Virus record (IMG/VR): IMGVR_UViG_3300037457_000038
Span: 32,001 to 96,000 of that record
DNA from: a virus
Strand: one strand, 5' to 3'
Length of the DNA stretch: 64,000 nt
Under the pieces are notes generated by a model. It did not search any database. It saw only the letters and a list, made by a program, of their open reading frames with translations, and was not told the DNA's origin. The translations under genes and the position numbers were made by a program. Positions 10,299 to 21,430 of the stretch are shown here, one piece after another. Each line of letters opens with the position of its first letter. Within the stretch, counting starts at the first letter, position 1.

Positions 10299-11099
10299 TT
10301 GATCGCCACCGGAAGCGACGACTACAGCGAGAGCCTGGCCGAGCGCATCGGCCAATTCATCATCGACTCCGACGCCGGCAGCGCCAGGTCGAAGCAGAAG
10401 GCCATCGGCCCCAGCGAGGTCGGCGAACCGTGTGAACGGCAGCTCTCCTACAAGATCCTCGACTGGCCCGAGACCAACACCAGCCGCGACCCGATCGCCG
10501 CGATCATCGGCACCGGATTCCACCTCTGGATCGGGGAGAAGTTCGAGGCCCGCAACGCCGCCCTCGGCGGCACCCGGTACAAGGTCGAAGACCGCGTCAC
10601 CGTGCGGGAGGGCTACACCGAGGCCGCGGCCCTCACCGGGAGCGCGGACCTGTACGACCGGCTCATCGCGGCGAACCTCGACTGGAAACTCGTCGGCGTC
10701 TCCAGCCTCGACAAGTACCGCCGCCAAGGCCCTGGCGAGAAGTACCGCATCCAGGCCCACCTGTACGGGATGGGCCAGCGAAACGCAGGCGAGGACGTTA
10801 AGCGCGTCGTCATCGTCTTCATCGCAAGGCACCACGAGCTCAAGATCCACGTGTGGTCCGAGCCGTACAACGAACAGATCGCCCTCGACGCACTCGCCCG
10901 CCTCGACCGCATCCGTGACCGCGTCATGGAACTCGACCCGGAGCAGTACCCGGAGCGCTGGGCCTCTATCCCCATCCCGGACAAGCCCAACTGCCGTTTC
11001 TGCGCCTACCTCAAACCCGGAAGCACCGACCTAGCCGTCGCCTGCCCCGGAGGCCAGACCAGCAACGCGGGCGCCTCCCTCCAGGCACTCATCGCCTGA
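10299..11099 (+). CDS. Cas4/RecB-like PD-(D/E)XK exonuclease
   Basis: IGPSEVGEPCERQ, GTGFH, GSADLYD..DWK, QAHLYG, C-terminal CRFC. Confidence 0.85.
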   Translation: MIATGSDDYSESLAERIGQFIIDSDAGSARSKQKAIGPSEVGEPCERQLSYKILDWPETNTSRDPIAAIIGTGFHLWIGEKFEARNAALGGTRYKVEDRVTVREGYTEAAALTGSADLYDRLIAANLDWKLVGVSSLDKYRRQGPGEKYRIQAHLYGMGQRNAGEDVKRVVIVFIARHHELKIHVWSEPYNEQIALDALARLDRIRDRVMELDPEQYPERWASIPIPDKPNCRFCAYLKPGSTDLAVACPGGQTSNAGASLQALIA

Positions 11100-11163
11100 C
11101 ACCCCATAGACCCGCCGATCCATCGGCGTGACCCATCAACACAACCAGCAGGAGCAGAAGCAG

Positions 11164-11847
11164 ATGACAACCCCGCAGCAGCAGTACAAGGCCCCCTCCG
11201 CCGACGACTTCCTCATGGGTGGAGGCGGCGCCCCCACCGCCAAGTTCCCCACCCCCGGGGCGTCCGTCGGCGGCCGCATCACCGAGAAGCCCACCGTTGA
11301 GCAACAGCGCGACATCTCCACTGGTGAGAAGAAGTTCTGGTCGGACGGCAACCCGATGATGCAGCTCGTCGTCACCGTGCAGACCGAGGAGCGGGACCCG
11401 GAGATCGAGGAAGACGACGGGCAGCGCCGCATCTTCGTCAAGGGCCAGATGAAGCAGGCCATCGCCGACGCGGTCCGCTCCGTCGGCGGCAAGGGCCTCG
11501 AAGTCGGCGGCACCCTCACCGTCACCTACTCCCACGACGGGGAGGTCAAGCAGCGCGGATTCAACCCGCCCAAGCAGTACCGCGCCCAGTACACCCCCGC
11601 GGCGACCAACGCGCTGCACACACCCGACCCGGGTGTTCCGCAGACCGCGCCGCAGCAGCCCGCGGCGGCCTCCCCCGTACCCGCGGCGGTTCCGGGACTG
11701 ACCCAAGAGCAGCTCGCCGCAGCAATGGCCAACCCGGCTACTGCGGCACTCCTCGCCCAGCAGCAGGCCCAGCAGCAGGCCGCAGCAGCACAGCCTGCCG
11801 CCCCTGTGCAGCAGCCGCCGGCCCCGGGCGACGTCCCGCAGTTCTAA
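11164..11847 (+). CDS. Putative ssDNA-binding / recombination protein
   Basis: Follows the exonuclease; beta-rich core; low-complexity tail ending GDVPQF, like an SSB tip. Confidence 0.6.
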   Translation: MTTPQQQYKAPSADDFLMGGGGAPTAKFPTPGASVGGRITEKPTVEQQRDISTGEKKFWSDGNPMMQLVVTVQTEERDPEIEEDDGQRRIFVKGQMKQAIADAVRSVGGKGLEVGGTLTVTYSHDGEVKQRGFNPPKQYRAQYTPAATNALHTPDPGVPQTAPQQPAAASPVPAAVPGLTQEQLAAAMANPATAALLAQQQAQQQAAAAQPAAPVQQPPAPGDVPQF

Positions 11848-11942
11848 CCCACCCCCGCCCGACAGGTACCCAGGCCGGCAGCCGCGGTTCGAGCCCGCGG
11901 CCGGGCACTTAGCCCCACTCGCAGCACAGCAAGGAGCACGCC

Positions 11943-12734
11943 GTGATCAAGGCAATCCCGACCCGGTACGCCGGATGCCGGTTTCGGTCTCGCCTCGAAG
12001 CCCGTTGGGCCGTGTTCATGGACCACCTCGACGTGCCGTGGGACTACGAACCCGAGGGCTACCTCGTCGACGGGGTGTCTTACTTGCCGGACTTCCTCGT
12101 CTACCCCAACACCGGGCACGCGTTCTGGCTGGAGATCAAAGGAACCTTCCCCAACGAGGACGAACTCGCCACAGCCAAAGGACTCGCAGAAGGCTCCGGG
12201 ATCCCGGCCTTCGTGTACTGGGCGAAGCCCGAACCCCCCGCACCCGACTTCGCGAGCCTCACAGATGCCGAGTACCGCGGTCGGCGTACCAACAAGTACG
12301 CGTGGATCAACGGGCACGGCTGGCGCTGGTATCAAGCCACACTGCCCCCTACCTGGCAGATCGGCCTCATCCCGACCGCATTCCGGTTCACCCCGAACGC
12401 GAAAACAGGCGGCGCCGAAAGCGGCTTTTGGTGGTGGACCGACTGCCCGCACTGCGGCCGCGCCCTCATCAAGATCAACGGTCAAGTCGGCTGGTGCCCC
12501 AGCTTCGACGGACGCAACTCCACCCCCCACGACAACGAGACAGCGACCGACCCGACCCGCAAGCCAGGCCGCTGGCCCAGTGCCACCAAGCCCCGCCGCC
12601 CCGGAGAGTGGCCCGGCAAGACATGGCCCGTCAACGGGGCCTATCCCCGCTTCGCTCACCGCACCCAGCGACTACTCGACGCATACGAAGCCGCAACATC
12701 CGCCCGCTTCGAGCACGGGGAGAACGGCGCGTGA
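11943..12734 (+). CDS. PD-(D/E)XK endonuclease-like protein
   Basis: FRSRLEARWA..WDYEPEG..YLPDF..WLEIKG. Confidence 0.8.
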   Translation: MIKAIPTRYAGCRFRSRLEARWAVFMDHLDVPWDYEPEGYLVDGVSYLPDFLVYPNTGHAFWLEIKGTFPNEDELATAKGLAEGSGIPAFVYWAKPEPPAPDFASLTDAEYRGRRTNKYAWINGHGWRWYQATLPPTWQIGLIPTAFRFTPNAKTGGAESGFWWWTDCPHCGRALIKINGQVGWCPSFDGRNSTPHDNETATDPTRKPGRWPSATKPRRPGEWPGKTWPVNGAYPRFAHRTQRLLDAYEAATSARFEHGENGA

Positions 12735-15292
12735 CAGACACCCCTGAAGCCGACATGCTCACCGCGGCCATCGCACTGCACGCGGCCGGCTGCTCCGTCG
12801 TCTCCGTCCGCGCCGACGGCAGCAAGCACCCCCGCGGAGCCTGGAAGCACTACCAGACCAAACGCGCCACCGAGGACCAGCTCCGCACCTGGTTCGAAAG
12901 CGGCCACCCCGGAATCGGCATCGTCACCGGCGCCGTCTCCGACAACCTGGAGATGCTCGAGCTGGAGGGCCGCGCCGTCGACGAGGGCGTCCTCAACCAA
13001 CTCACCGAGATCCTCGTCGCATCCGGGCTCGGCGAACTGTGGCAGCGCATCGCCACCGGATGGCTCGAACGCTCCCCAAGCGGCGGCCTCCACTTCCACT
13101 ACCGCGTTAACGGAACAGCGGTACCAGGGAACACCAAACTGGCGTCTCGGCTGGCCCGCGAGGACGAGTACACCGAGGACGAGCGAGAGCTGAAGCAGCG
13201 CCACCCGCACAAAAAGATCCTCCGCGGGCTCATCGAAACCCGCGGCGAAGGCGGCTTCGTCGTCACCGCACCGTCACACGGCCAGGTACACGCCACCGGC
13301 AAGCCGTACGAACTCCTCGCCGGCGGACCCGCGACAACCCCCGTTATCACTGCGGACGAACACCAGGCGCTGCACACCATCTGCCGCATGCTCGACACCG
13401 TCCCTACCGACGAGGCACCGAGTGATCACACTGGCGGCACCGCCAAAGTGATGCCGGAACCTCTTGACGAAGCCGCCGCGTTCCTCTTCTCCACTGATCG
13501 CGACATGGCACCCGGAGGCGTCACCCCGGGGGACGACTTCGAGCAGCGCGCCACATGGGCAGACATCCTCCAACCCCACGGCTGGAAACTCCTCTTCACC
13601 AGCGGACAAACCCACTACTGGCGCCGCCCCGGGAAAGACGGACGCGAACCGAGCGCAACCACCGGCCGAGCCATGGACCGCGACCGGCTGTACGTCTTCA
13701 CCACCAGCACCGAATTCACCCCCGAGGTGCCCTACACCAAATTCGGCGCTTACACCCTGCTGAACCACGGTGGAGACCACTCAGCCGCGGCGAAGGAGTT
13801 GCGTCGCCTCGGCTACGGCCATCCCGCGCCCGAACCCATACGACACCTCACAGCAGTCCCCAACCCGCCCCCCGCAACCGACGGGACCGCCGCCCTCAAC
13901 ATCGTCCAGCACCCCGCTGCGGAAACTCCCGGAACGTATACGCGAACCGACGACGGGAACGCGCTCCGCCTCGTCGATGAACACGAACAGCAGATCCGGT
14001 ACTGCCCACAGCGCAGCTGGCTCGTCTGGGACGGGTACCGCTGGACGTGGGACGAGAAAGGCAGCATCTACGAACTCGCCCGGGACATCGCCCGGGCCCT
14101 CCCGGACGGCGAAGGCGAATCCCAGCACCGCCTCCGCTCCCTGTCCGCCCGCGGCCTGGACGCCATGATCAAGGTCGCCCGGACCGACCCGCGCATCGTC
14201 GCCCCACTCGCCACCCTTGACGCCAACCCCTGGCAGCTCAACACCCCCGACGGCGTCGTAGACCTACGCACCGGAACGATGACCGCCCCCGACCCGGCGT
14301 CCCTCCACACCCGCACCACCACCGTCGGCCCCGACTTCGAGAAAACCGCAGAACGCTGGCTGCGCTTCATCGGCGACACCTTCGGCAAAGACCCCGAACT
14401 CATCGTCTACGTGCAGCGACTTCTCGGCATCTCCCTCATCGGCACCGTGCTCGAGCAGATCCTCCCGTTCGCCTTCGGCGACGGCGCCAACGGCAAATCA
14501 ACACTCGCCGACACCGTCATGCGCGTCATCGGCATCGGAGAGACCGGATACAGCATCAGCGCCCCATCCGAGATGCTCCTCGCCTCTTCCGCGAATAACC
14601 ACCCAACCGAGATCGCCCGCCTCGCCGGCGCCCGCATGGTCGTCGCCTCCGAACTCGACGACGGCCAAAAATTCGCCGAGGCCCGGATCAAGATGCTCAC
14701 CGGCCGCGACATCATCACCGGCCGATTCATGAGACAGGACTTCTTCTCTTTCACCCCCACCCACACCCTGTGGCTCCTCGGCAACCACAAGCCTGCCGTA
14801 CGCACCGGCGGCCCCGCATTTTGGCGCCGCCTACGCCTCGTCCCCTTCCTCCACACCGTCCCCGAACACCTTCGTGACACCCACCTGGAAGAGCACCTCG
14901 TCGACCACGAGGCGTCGGCAATCCTCGCCTGGCTCATCCGCGGCGGCGCCGACTACCACCAGCACGGCATCACCACCCCCTCCGCTGTGCAGGCCGCTAC
15001 GGAGGAATACCAGGGCGACCAGGACACCGTGGCCCGCTTCATCGCCGACATGTGCACTCTCGGCACACCCGGTGCCCAAACGATGCAGACCCCGAGCAGT
15101 GTCCTGCGCGCCGCATACGAGCGGTGGTGCCAGCAGGAGGGCGAGGAGGGCGTCTCCGCCAAGAAGTTCGCGGCCACGATTCAGAAGCCGCCGCACAACG
15201 TCCAGTCGTCCCGGAACATGCGCTTCCGCTTTTTCGACGGGATCCGCCTCAACCAGACCGAGACCGAAGGCGACCCCGAGGGCGGGTGGTGA
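12731..15292 (+). CDS. Bifunctional primase/polymerase fused to P4/D5-family SF3 helicase
   Basis: N-terminal prim-pol (GIGIVTG, SPSGGLHFHY, ETRGEGGFVVTAPS); D5_N region (TDDGNA, LNTPDGVVDL); Walker A GDGANGKST. Confidence 0.9.
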   Translation: MTDTPEADMLTAAIALHAAGCSVVSVRADGSKHPRGAWKHYQTKRATEDQLRTWFESGHPGIGIVTGAVSDNLEMLELEGRAVDEGVLNQLTEILVASGLGELWQRIATGWLERSPSGGLHFHYRVNGTAVPGNTKLASRLAREDEYTEDERELKQRHPHKKILRGLIETRGEGGFVVTAPSHGQVHATGKPYELLAGGPATTPVITADEHQALHTICRMLDTVPTDEAPSDHTGGTAKVMPEPLDEAAAFLFSTDRDMAPGGVTPGDDFEQRATWADILQPHGWKLLFTSGQTHYWRRPGKDGREPSATTGRAMDRDRLYVFTTSTEFTPEVPYTKFGAYTLLNHGGDHSAAAKELRRLGYGHPAPEPIRHLTAVPNPPPATDGTAALNIVQHPAAETPGTYTRTDDGNALRLVDEHEQQIRYCPQRSWLVWDGYRWTWDEKGSIYELARDIARALPDGEGESQHRLRSLSARGLDAMIKVARTDPRIVAPLATLDANPWQLNTPDGVVDLRTGTMTAPDPASLHTRTTTVGPDFEKTAERWLRFIGDTFGKDPELIVYVQRLLGISLIGTVLEQILPFAFGDGANGKSTLADTVMRVIGIGETGYSISAPSEMLLASSANNHPTEIARLAGARMVVASELDDGQKFAEARIKMLTGRDIITGRFMRQDFFSFTPTHTLWLLGNHKPAVRTGGPAFWRRLRLVPFLHTVPEHLRDTHLEEHLVDHEASAILAWLIRGGADYHQHGITTPSAVQAATEEYQGDQDTVARFIADMCTLGTPGAQTMQTPSSVLRAAYERWCQQEGEEGVSAKKFAATIQKPPHNVQSSRNMRFRFFDGIRLNQTETEGDPEGGW

Positions 15293-15304
15293 CCATGCGA
15301 ACTC

Positions 15305-15542
15305 ATGACACATCGAACCATGATCATGACGCATTGCATGACGCATCCAGTGATGCAAAACCCCAGGTCATGACGCTTATGACGCTTATGACGCATTGTT
15401 CTCCGTTCCCGCTTCACGCGCACGCACACGCATGTGAGTGCACGGCTCAACCCCGAACAATGCGTCAGACGCGTCATAAGCGTCACCACCAGCAGAAACG
15501 CGTGATGCGAAGCGTCATCAATGCGTCATGCAATGCGTCATG
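15305..15542. repeat. Convergent ATGACGC/GCGTCAT repeat array, candidate origin
   Basis: 22-bp perfect inverted repeat (15325-15346 / 15521-15542) with inner inverted blocks; directly after the helicase gene. Confidence 0.75.
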
Positions 15543-15558
15543 GGGCCGGTGATGCCCA

Positions 15559-15897
15559 ATGACCAAGCCACCGCCGAATCCAGGCATCGCCGCGAAGATC
15601 GCCACCTCCGCAGACCACGCGAAGGAAGCCCCCTGTCCTCGCTGCGGCGCCCCGACCCTCACGGCAAGAGCCGGCCGTACAGCGGCCCTCGATGTCACCG
15701 CGGACCCGCAACCAATCACCGCCGTCGAGGAAATCCTCGCCCTCCTCGAAGGGCGGCTCACCTGGCACCTCATCACCACCGCCCTCGGGACGACGCGCAT
15801 CGCCTGGCGCGACCACCAATTCCGGCCCTTCGACAAACACCCCGTCGTCCAAGACCACCTATGCCCGCCACAACCCGTACAAGGGACGCTCCTATGA
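15559..15897 (+). CDS. Hypothetical CxxC protein
   Basis: CPRCG motif; ATGA overlap with next gene. Confidence 0.6.
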   Translation: MTKPPPNPGIAAKIATSADHAKEAPCPRCGAPTLTARAGRTAALDVTADPQPITAVEEILALLEGRLTWHLITTALGTTRIAWRDHQFRPFDKHPVVQDHLCPPQPVQGTLL

Positions 15898-16355
15898 CAC
15901 GGACCTTCACCCTGCCCCTCCCCCCAGGGCTGCGGCTCCTCAACGCGAACCAGCGCCTGCACCACCGGGTCCGCGCGGAACTCACCAGCAGTATCCGTGC
16001 CGCCGCAATGGCCGCATGCTCCGAAAACGAGCAGATGCGAGCAGCGCTCGCCGAGGCCAACCCTGGCGTCGCTCTCGAGCATGCCTACATCCTCGGCATC
16101 CTCCACCCGGGAAGCCGCCGCCGTATCGACCCCGCGAACTTCTACCCAAGCTTCAAAGCCGCCGTCGATGGGTTGGTCGACGCGGGAGTGCTGGAGGACG
16201 ACGACCACACCCGCGTCATCGGGCCCGACATGCGCCTCGGCCCCACCGTCAAGCGTGCACAACTCACCCTCGTCATCCAAGAACTCACCACCGCCCAACA
16301 CGCGGCGTTCCAGTGGGCCACCACACCCCAGGAGGTGGCCGCTGATGTTCGGTAG
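15894..16355 (+). CDS. RusA-like Holliday junction resolvase (copy 1)
   Basis: LLNANQRLHH..RRRIDPANFYPSFKAAVDGLVDAGVLEDDD. Confidence 0.75.
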   Translation: MTRTFTLPLPPGLRLLNANQRLHHRVRAELTSSIRAAAMAACSENEQMRAALAEANPGVALEHAYILGILHPGSRRRIDPANFYPSFKAAVDGLVDAGVLEDDDHTRVIGPDMRLGPTVKRAQLTLVIQELTTAQHAAFQWATTPQEVAADVR

Positions 16356-17713
16356 CTACCGCCGCGAGCTGGAAGCCGACAACCGGGACCTGCGGACCCG
16401 TGTCCGAAAGCTGGTCGAGGAGCGCGACGAGGCCCGTGACGGAGAGCAGGCCGCCGTCAAGGGCGCCGCGGTCGTGTCCCGGCACCTGGCCGGAGCAGAG
16501 GCCGCGGCCAAGCGCACCGCTGACCGTAACCAGCGGCTCGTGGAGCTGCTGGAGCTCGCACGTGCCGCGCAGGACGACGACGGGTACGCCGCGCTTCAGG
16601 CCCGTCTGGAGCGGGCGCTGCGCGCCTGTGCCCGCTACCGGGCCCAGCTGCCTGCGCGGCGGGGTACGGACCGGCTGAGTCTGGCGATGCTGCTGGAACT
16701 GTCCGAGCGGGCCCGCGCGTCGCTCGATACCCAACTGCGGACGGTCCAGCAGTCCACCGCCCGGCAGGAGCGGGAGCTGGCCGCCGCGCGGAGGCAGCTG
16801 GCGGCCCCGGACTGCGAGCCGGGCGAGGTGGCGCCGTGATCGTGCTTCAGGTCCTCGCGCAGATCGCCGTATGCGGCGCCGCGGTCGCGGTGATGGCGCT
16901 CCGCGACTGGCTCCGCGACCGCTACCAGGTACGCCCCTACCACGCGCGCTTCGACACCGACACCACCCCGTAGGCCGCTCGGCCCGGCTGCGACCACTGA
17001 CTCCGGCCCGGCCGAGCACCAACACCGAAGGACCACCCGATGATCGAGTACTGGCTCGCATGGGCCGTCATAGCCCTTCTCGCCGTCGCTCTGCTGCTCC
17101 GTGGCGAGCGCGTCTCCGGCCGTATCCGCAAGGTGCGCCGCCGCTGCCCGACCTGCGGCCTGCCATACGACACCGATCCCACCCGCGCCGTACGCGTCTG
17201 CCGCTGCACCGCCCCGCTCGGAGGCACCCGATGAGCTTCTTCGACTTGGCGTGGTGGTGGTCTACCCCGTGGGGCATCACCGTGTGGCTGGCCGCCGCGA
17301 CCGGGCTGGCCGGGTGGCTTGCCGCCGCCGGATACGGCGCCTACCGCCTGTCCTGCCGGGTGCTGGGCTGGCACCGTGACCCGCCGCTACGGGAGCAGCT
17401 GGACGCTTCCCGGGACGAGGTCCACGTGTGGCGTGGCCGGGCCAAGGCGGTGCCGGAAGAGGCACGCCGTGCCCGGCACCTGGCCGCCGCATGGCTGGGC
17501 AGTGAGGACTGGGACCGTGTGGCCGCAGGCTCCGAGCTGGGCTTGGTCCTGGGCGACGCGTTGTCGGTCAAGGCTGTCGCCGGGCGCGAGGTGCCCTGCG
17601 TGCCGCCGTGTGAGGTGTGCGGACGCCCCGCCGACCCGCAGACGGAAGCACTGGACACGCTGGCCGACGAGCTGCGCGCCGACGGACACCTCCCGGGCGG
17701 TGATGCCCGGTGA
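16345..17713 (+). CDS. Hypothetical genes (16345-16839 coiled coil; 17040-17234; 17231-17713 membrane protein)
   Basis: Overlapping starts/stops and RBS motifs. Confidence 0.55.
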
Positions 17714-18150
17714 AACTCCGCGCAGACGTGGCCACGATGCTCCAGTCCGGGGCCACAGTCACCGACATCGTCCAGACCCTGCACGTCAGCACCCTCACCG
17801 TGCAGCGCACCCGTAAGGCCATCGGCATGCCCGCGCACCTGAGGGGCCGCTGGTCCGAGTCTCTGGCCGAGGCGTTCGCTGTGCGTACGGAGCCGGCCCC
17901 GGGCGGTCATGTGCGGTGGACCGGATGCGTCTCGAACAAGGGCATGCCGGTCGTCAGCTACCTGCGGACGAAGGTCTCCGCGTACCGGGTGGCGTTCCGC
18001 GCGCACTACGGCCGGGACCCGGTCGGCCTGCCCAAGCCGGGCTGCGGCTATCCGCGGTGTGTGGCCGGCGCGCATCTGGAGGACCAGCCGATGCGCGTGC
18101 GGAACCGGGAGACGTTCGCCGCGATCTTCGGCTCGGAGGTGGCCCGGTGA
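17710..18150 (+). CDS. HTH plus degenerate HNH/His-Cys Zn-loop protein
   Basis: N-terminal HTH; GHVRWTG..SAYRVAF..CGYPRCVAGAHLED. Confidence 0.6.
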   Translation: MKLRADVATMLQSGATVTDIVQTLHVSTLTVQRTRKAIGMPAHLRGRWSESLAEAFAVRTEPAPGGHVRWTGCVSNKGMPVVSYLRTKVSAYRVAFRAHYGRDPVGLPKPGCGYPRCVAGAHLEDQPMRVRNRETFAAIFGSEVAR

Positions 18151-18674
18151 CCGCCGCCCTGTTCACCCCCAACACCCCAGCCGCGACGGCTGGGCCCCGG
18201 CCCGAGCCCGCCATCGTCATCACCGTCTACGGAGAGCCCGGCCCCCAGGGCTCCAAGCGGCACGTCGGCAACGGCGTCATGGTCGAGTCATCAAAGAAGG
18301 TCAAGCCATGGCGGCAGGACGTCAAGTACGCGGCCATCGGCGCGACCGCCCGTATCCCCGGATGGAGACCGCTGGACGGGCCGCTCGCCGCCTCGATCGT
18401 GTTCACCTTCGCCCGGCGTAAGGGGCACTACCGGACGGGCCGTAACGCGCATCTGCTGCGTGACTCGGCGCCGGTACGCCCTGCTGTCTACCCGGACTTG
18501 TCGAAGATTCTCCGGTCTACGGAGGACGCGCTGACCGGCGTGGTCTGGGCTGATGATCAGCGAGTTGTGGAGTATCTGCGGCTGGGGAAGTGGTACGCGG
18601 GTACCGACGCGCCGGATGTGCTGGATGTGCCGGGCTGCGTGATCCGCGTATGGCCGCTGGGGGCGGCCCGGTGA
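18147..18674 (+). CDS. rusA: RusA-family resolvase (copy 2)
   Basis: GEPGPQGSKRH..ESSKKVKPWR..PDLSKILRSTEDALTGVVWADDQRVV. Confidence 0.85.
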   Translation: MTAALFTPNTPAATAGPRPEPAIVITVYGEPGPQGSKRHVGNGVMVESSKKVKPWRQDVKYAAIGATARIPGWRPLDGPLAASIVFTFARRKGHYRTGRNAHLLRDSAPVRPAVYPDLSKILRSTEDALTGVVWADDQRVVEYLRLGKWYAGTDAPDVLDVPGCVIRVWPLGAAR

Positions 18675-18894
18675 TCGGCGATCTGACCCAACTCGTAGAC
18701 GGCGAGACCGTCGACCTCGTCGCGGTCGAGCGCGCCCTCTCCCGCCTGTGGCCGAGGCCGCCGCTGTCCCGCGCGGACCAGGTGTATGCGGCCCGGCTGC
18801 TGCTGGAGCGTGGCCACGGGACGGCGATGGTCGGCAACGTCCTGGGCGTGTCCGGGGACACGGCGTCCGCGCTGATCGAGGAGGCGAACGGCCG

Positions 18895-19314
18895 GTGATT
18901 GACACCCGTCACCTTCCGGGTCTGGACCCGGTCTACGACTGGAAGCGCCGCGCGGAATGCCGTGACGCGAACAGCAACCTCATGTACCCGCTCCCGTCCG
19001 ATCTGGACGGCATCCGGGACGCCAAGAAGGTGTGCGGCGGATGCCCGGTCCGGAAGGAGTGCCTGGCGTGGGCGCTCAACCACCCCGAGCCATATGGCGT
19101 CTGGGGCGGCTTGGACGAGCGGGAACGCGCCGACCTGCTGGGGCGTCGTCCGAAGCCGGACCCGGATGAGCAGCCGGTCAGGGACCCGGCTGTGTGCGGT
19201 ACGGAGGCTGGGCATCGCAGGCATATCCGTGCGGGTGAGAGGGCGTGCCGACGCTGTAAGGACGCGCGTAATCGGGCGCGGGCTGCCCGGCGCCGTCAGG
19301 GGCGGCCGCCGTGA
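18895..19314 (+). CDS. WhiB-family transcriptional regulator with extra C-terminal Cys/His domain
   Basis: W..RAEC..AKKVCGGCPVRKECL..YGVWGG; C-terminal CGT..H..CRRC. Confidence 0.92.
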   Translation: MIDTRHLPGLDPVYDWKRRAECRDANSNLMYPLPSDLDGIRDAKKVCGGCPVRKECLAWALNHPEPYGVWGGLDERERADLLGRRPKPDPDEQPVRDPAVCGTEAGHRRHIRAGERACRRCKDARNRARAARRRQGRPP

Positions 19315-21151
19315 GCGGGCCCGACGAGCCACCGCTCCTCGACTGGCGGGACCCGTCGCACTACTCGTACGCGGCTCGGCCGTGCCGGTACTGCGGCGGG
19401 GACACCCACCTCCGCGATTCGCGGCGGAAAGCGGCCCATAAAACCTGCGCGGAAGAAGCCATCGCCCAACAGGCCGCCGAGGCGGCCGACGCCTACCGAT
19501 TGGACACCTGATGCCTGACCAGCCCACTGCCAGCCCGCTCACGCCCGAGATCGTCAACGCGATCGTCCGCGACCCCGATGACCCGCGCTACCCGGTCCAG
19601 GTCGGCGTGTTCTGCGACCGCTGCGGCACCACCGTCAAGCGCGACTACCTCGTCAGCGACGACACGGACCGCCAGGAGCGGTTCGAGGTCGCTCGCGGCT
19701 ATCTCCGGGAGCACGAGGGCTGGTCGTGTACGGAGGCGGGCGACTTCTGCCCTGAATGCGCCTCGGGTGACGCCTCGCATGAGGGTCCTGGCCCGATGGG
19801 TGAGCTGACCCGGCACAAGGGTGCGCGTGCCGCGTGCAGCTACCCGGACTGCGCCGAGAGCGCCCGGTGAACCGCTTCTTGGCCGGGCTGGTTCTCGGGG
19901 CTGCGGCTTCCGGCATCACGTATGCGGTCACGCCCGCGCCGCCGTGGTGGTGGGCGATTGGCCTGACCGTGGCCTGCCTCGTCTGGTTCGGCGAGTTCGT
20001 GCTCGACATGCTCACCGACTGACCCGCACCCACCGACCAGGGCGAACACCGCCTACTCGAAACCTGCTTGAAAGGACACCCCGCCCGATGACTGATCTGC
20101 CGTACACCGATGCTGACCTCCGCGCCGAGGCCGCACACCAGCACTCCGGGCTCACCGAGGACCCCGACTTCATGGGCGTCGGCGAGCAGATGGAGGACAG
20201 CTTCGTCCCGTCGCTCCGGGCGGAGGACAGCGTCCCGTCTCTCGCCACGACGTGGAGCGCGGCCCTCGACGGCGACGACTACGGCGACGCCCAGCGCAAG
20301 ATCCACGACCTGATCAACGGCGCCGCTGATGTGTCCGAGTGGGCCGTCGACCTGGGCGCCGCAGGGCTCACCGAGACCGTCACGCACGGCTGGTACTGCC
20401 AGGGGCGCGGCTGGGAACTGGCCGTGCAGATCGCGCACCGCCCGCAGATCAAGCCGGAGGTGCGGGACGAGGTCGAGTCCGCAGTGCGGCGGGCAGTCGA
20501 GCGTGTCCTCGCCGAGCACGGGCTGACGGCATACCTCGACACCTGACCCGCCCCTGACCGGTCCGGCTGTTGTTTCCCCGCGTCGCAGCAGCCGGACCCC
20601 TACCTCACCGAACTGGAGTACCCGTTGAGTAGCGACACCAGCAGCAACGTCACCATGACCGCCGTCGACGGTACCGACGCACTCGCCTTCGTCATCATCC
20701 GCCCCGGCTCGACCGAGGGCGGTGTGTCGATTGAGGCATGCGCCAGTGGGCTGTCCAAGGAGGCTGCCGCCTATGTGCTGCGGCACGTGGCCGACGAGTG
20801 GGAGCGCGAGGCGTCCGCCGGGGGTGGCCGCTGATGGCGTACGTCGATCACCGCTGTACCGGCTGCACGCATTTGCGTGGCGCGCACTACACCACCGGCA
20901 CGGGCAAGGGCGCATGCGGTCAGACGCACGCCTGCGCCTGCAACGGCTACGTGCCCGGCGAGCCCGAGGTGGTCCGCACCTATGGCTGGAAGGGCCGGCT
21001 GCTGGACACGTACACCCCACCCGGCCGCACAGTGGCGCCGGGTGTGGTGGCGCACGACTGCCAGGAGTGCCAGGCCCTGTACGACAGCTCACCGAGGCGG
21101 GTGCGGCGTGAGCCACAAGGACACGCGGCAGCTCATAGCCCGGCTCCGTGA
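19311..21151 (+). CDS. Small hypothetical genes (19311-19511, 19511-19870, 19867-20022, 20088-20546, 20625-20834, 20834-21151)
   Basis: Translational coupling; CxxC motifs; RBS motifs. Confidence 0.55.
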
Positions 21152-21305
21152 GCAGGGGTTCACGGTGCGGTTGGCGAAGTCGGGGCACTACCGGGTTTCT
21201 GGTCCGGGTGGGCGGACGGTGACGGTTCCGCAGTCGCCGTCGTGTGGCCGGTCGTTGGCGAACGCCAGGGCGAACCTGAGGCGCTGGCTGGGAGCGCAGG
21301 TATGA
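21108..21305 (+). CDS. HicA-like small protein
   Basis: 65 aa; LIARLREQGFTVRLAKSGHYRVSGPGGRTVTVP fits the HicA pattern. Confidence 0.7.
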   Translation: MSHKDTRQLIARLREQGFTVRLAKSGHYRVSGPGGRTVTVPQSPSCGRSLANARANLRRWLGAQV

Positions 21306-21430
21306 GCAGCGCGTCTGGTGTCGGAGTGAGTGGGGTGTCAGTGGTCCCCGGCCTCAGCACGCTTCCGGCGACGGAACAGCACGAAACCCCGCACGCATGG
21401 TGCGGGGCGTAGGGAGAGGAGAGGGCGGCA

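Noticed and set aside
15305-15542. CRISPR array
   Set aside because: Short inverted heptamers, no constant repeat with unique spacers; the Cas4-like gene at 10299 is a common solo phage nuclease with no cas operon
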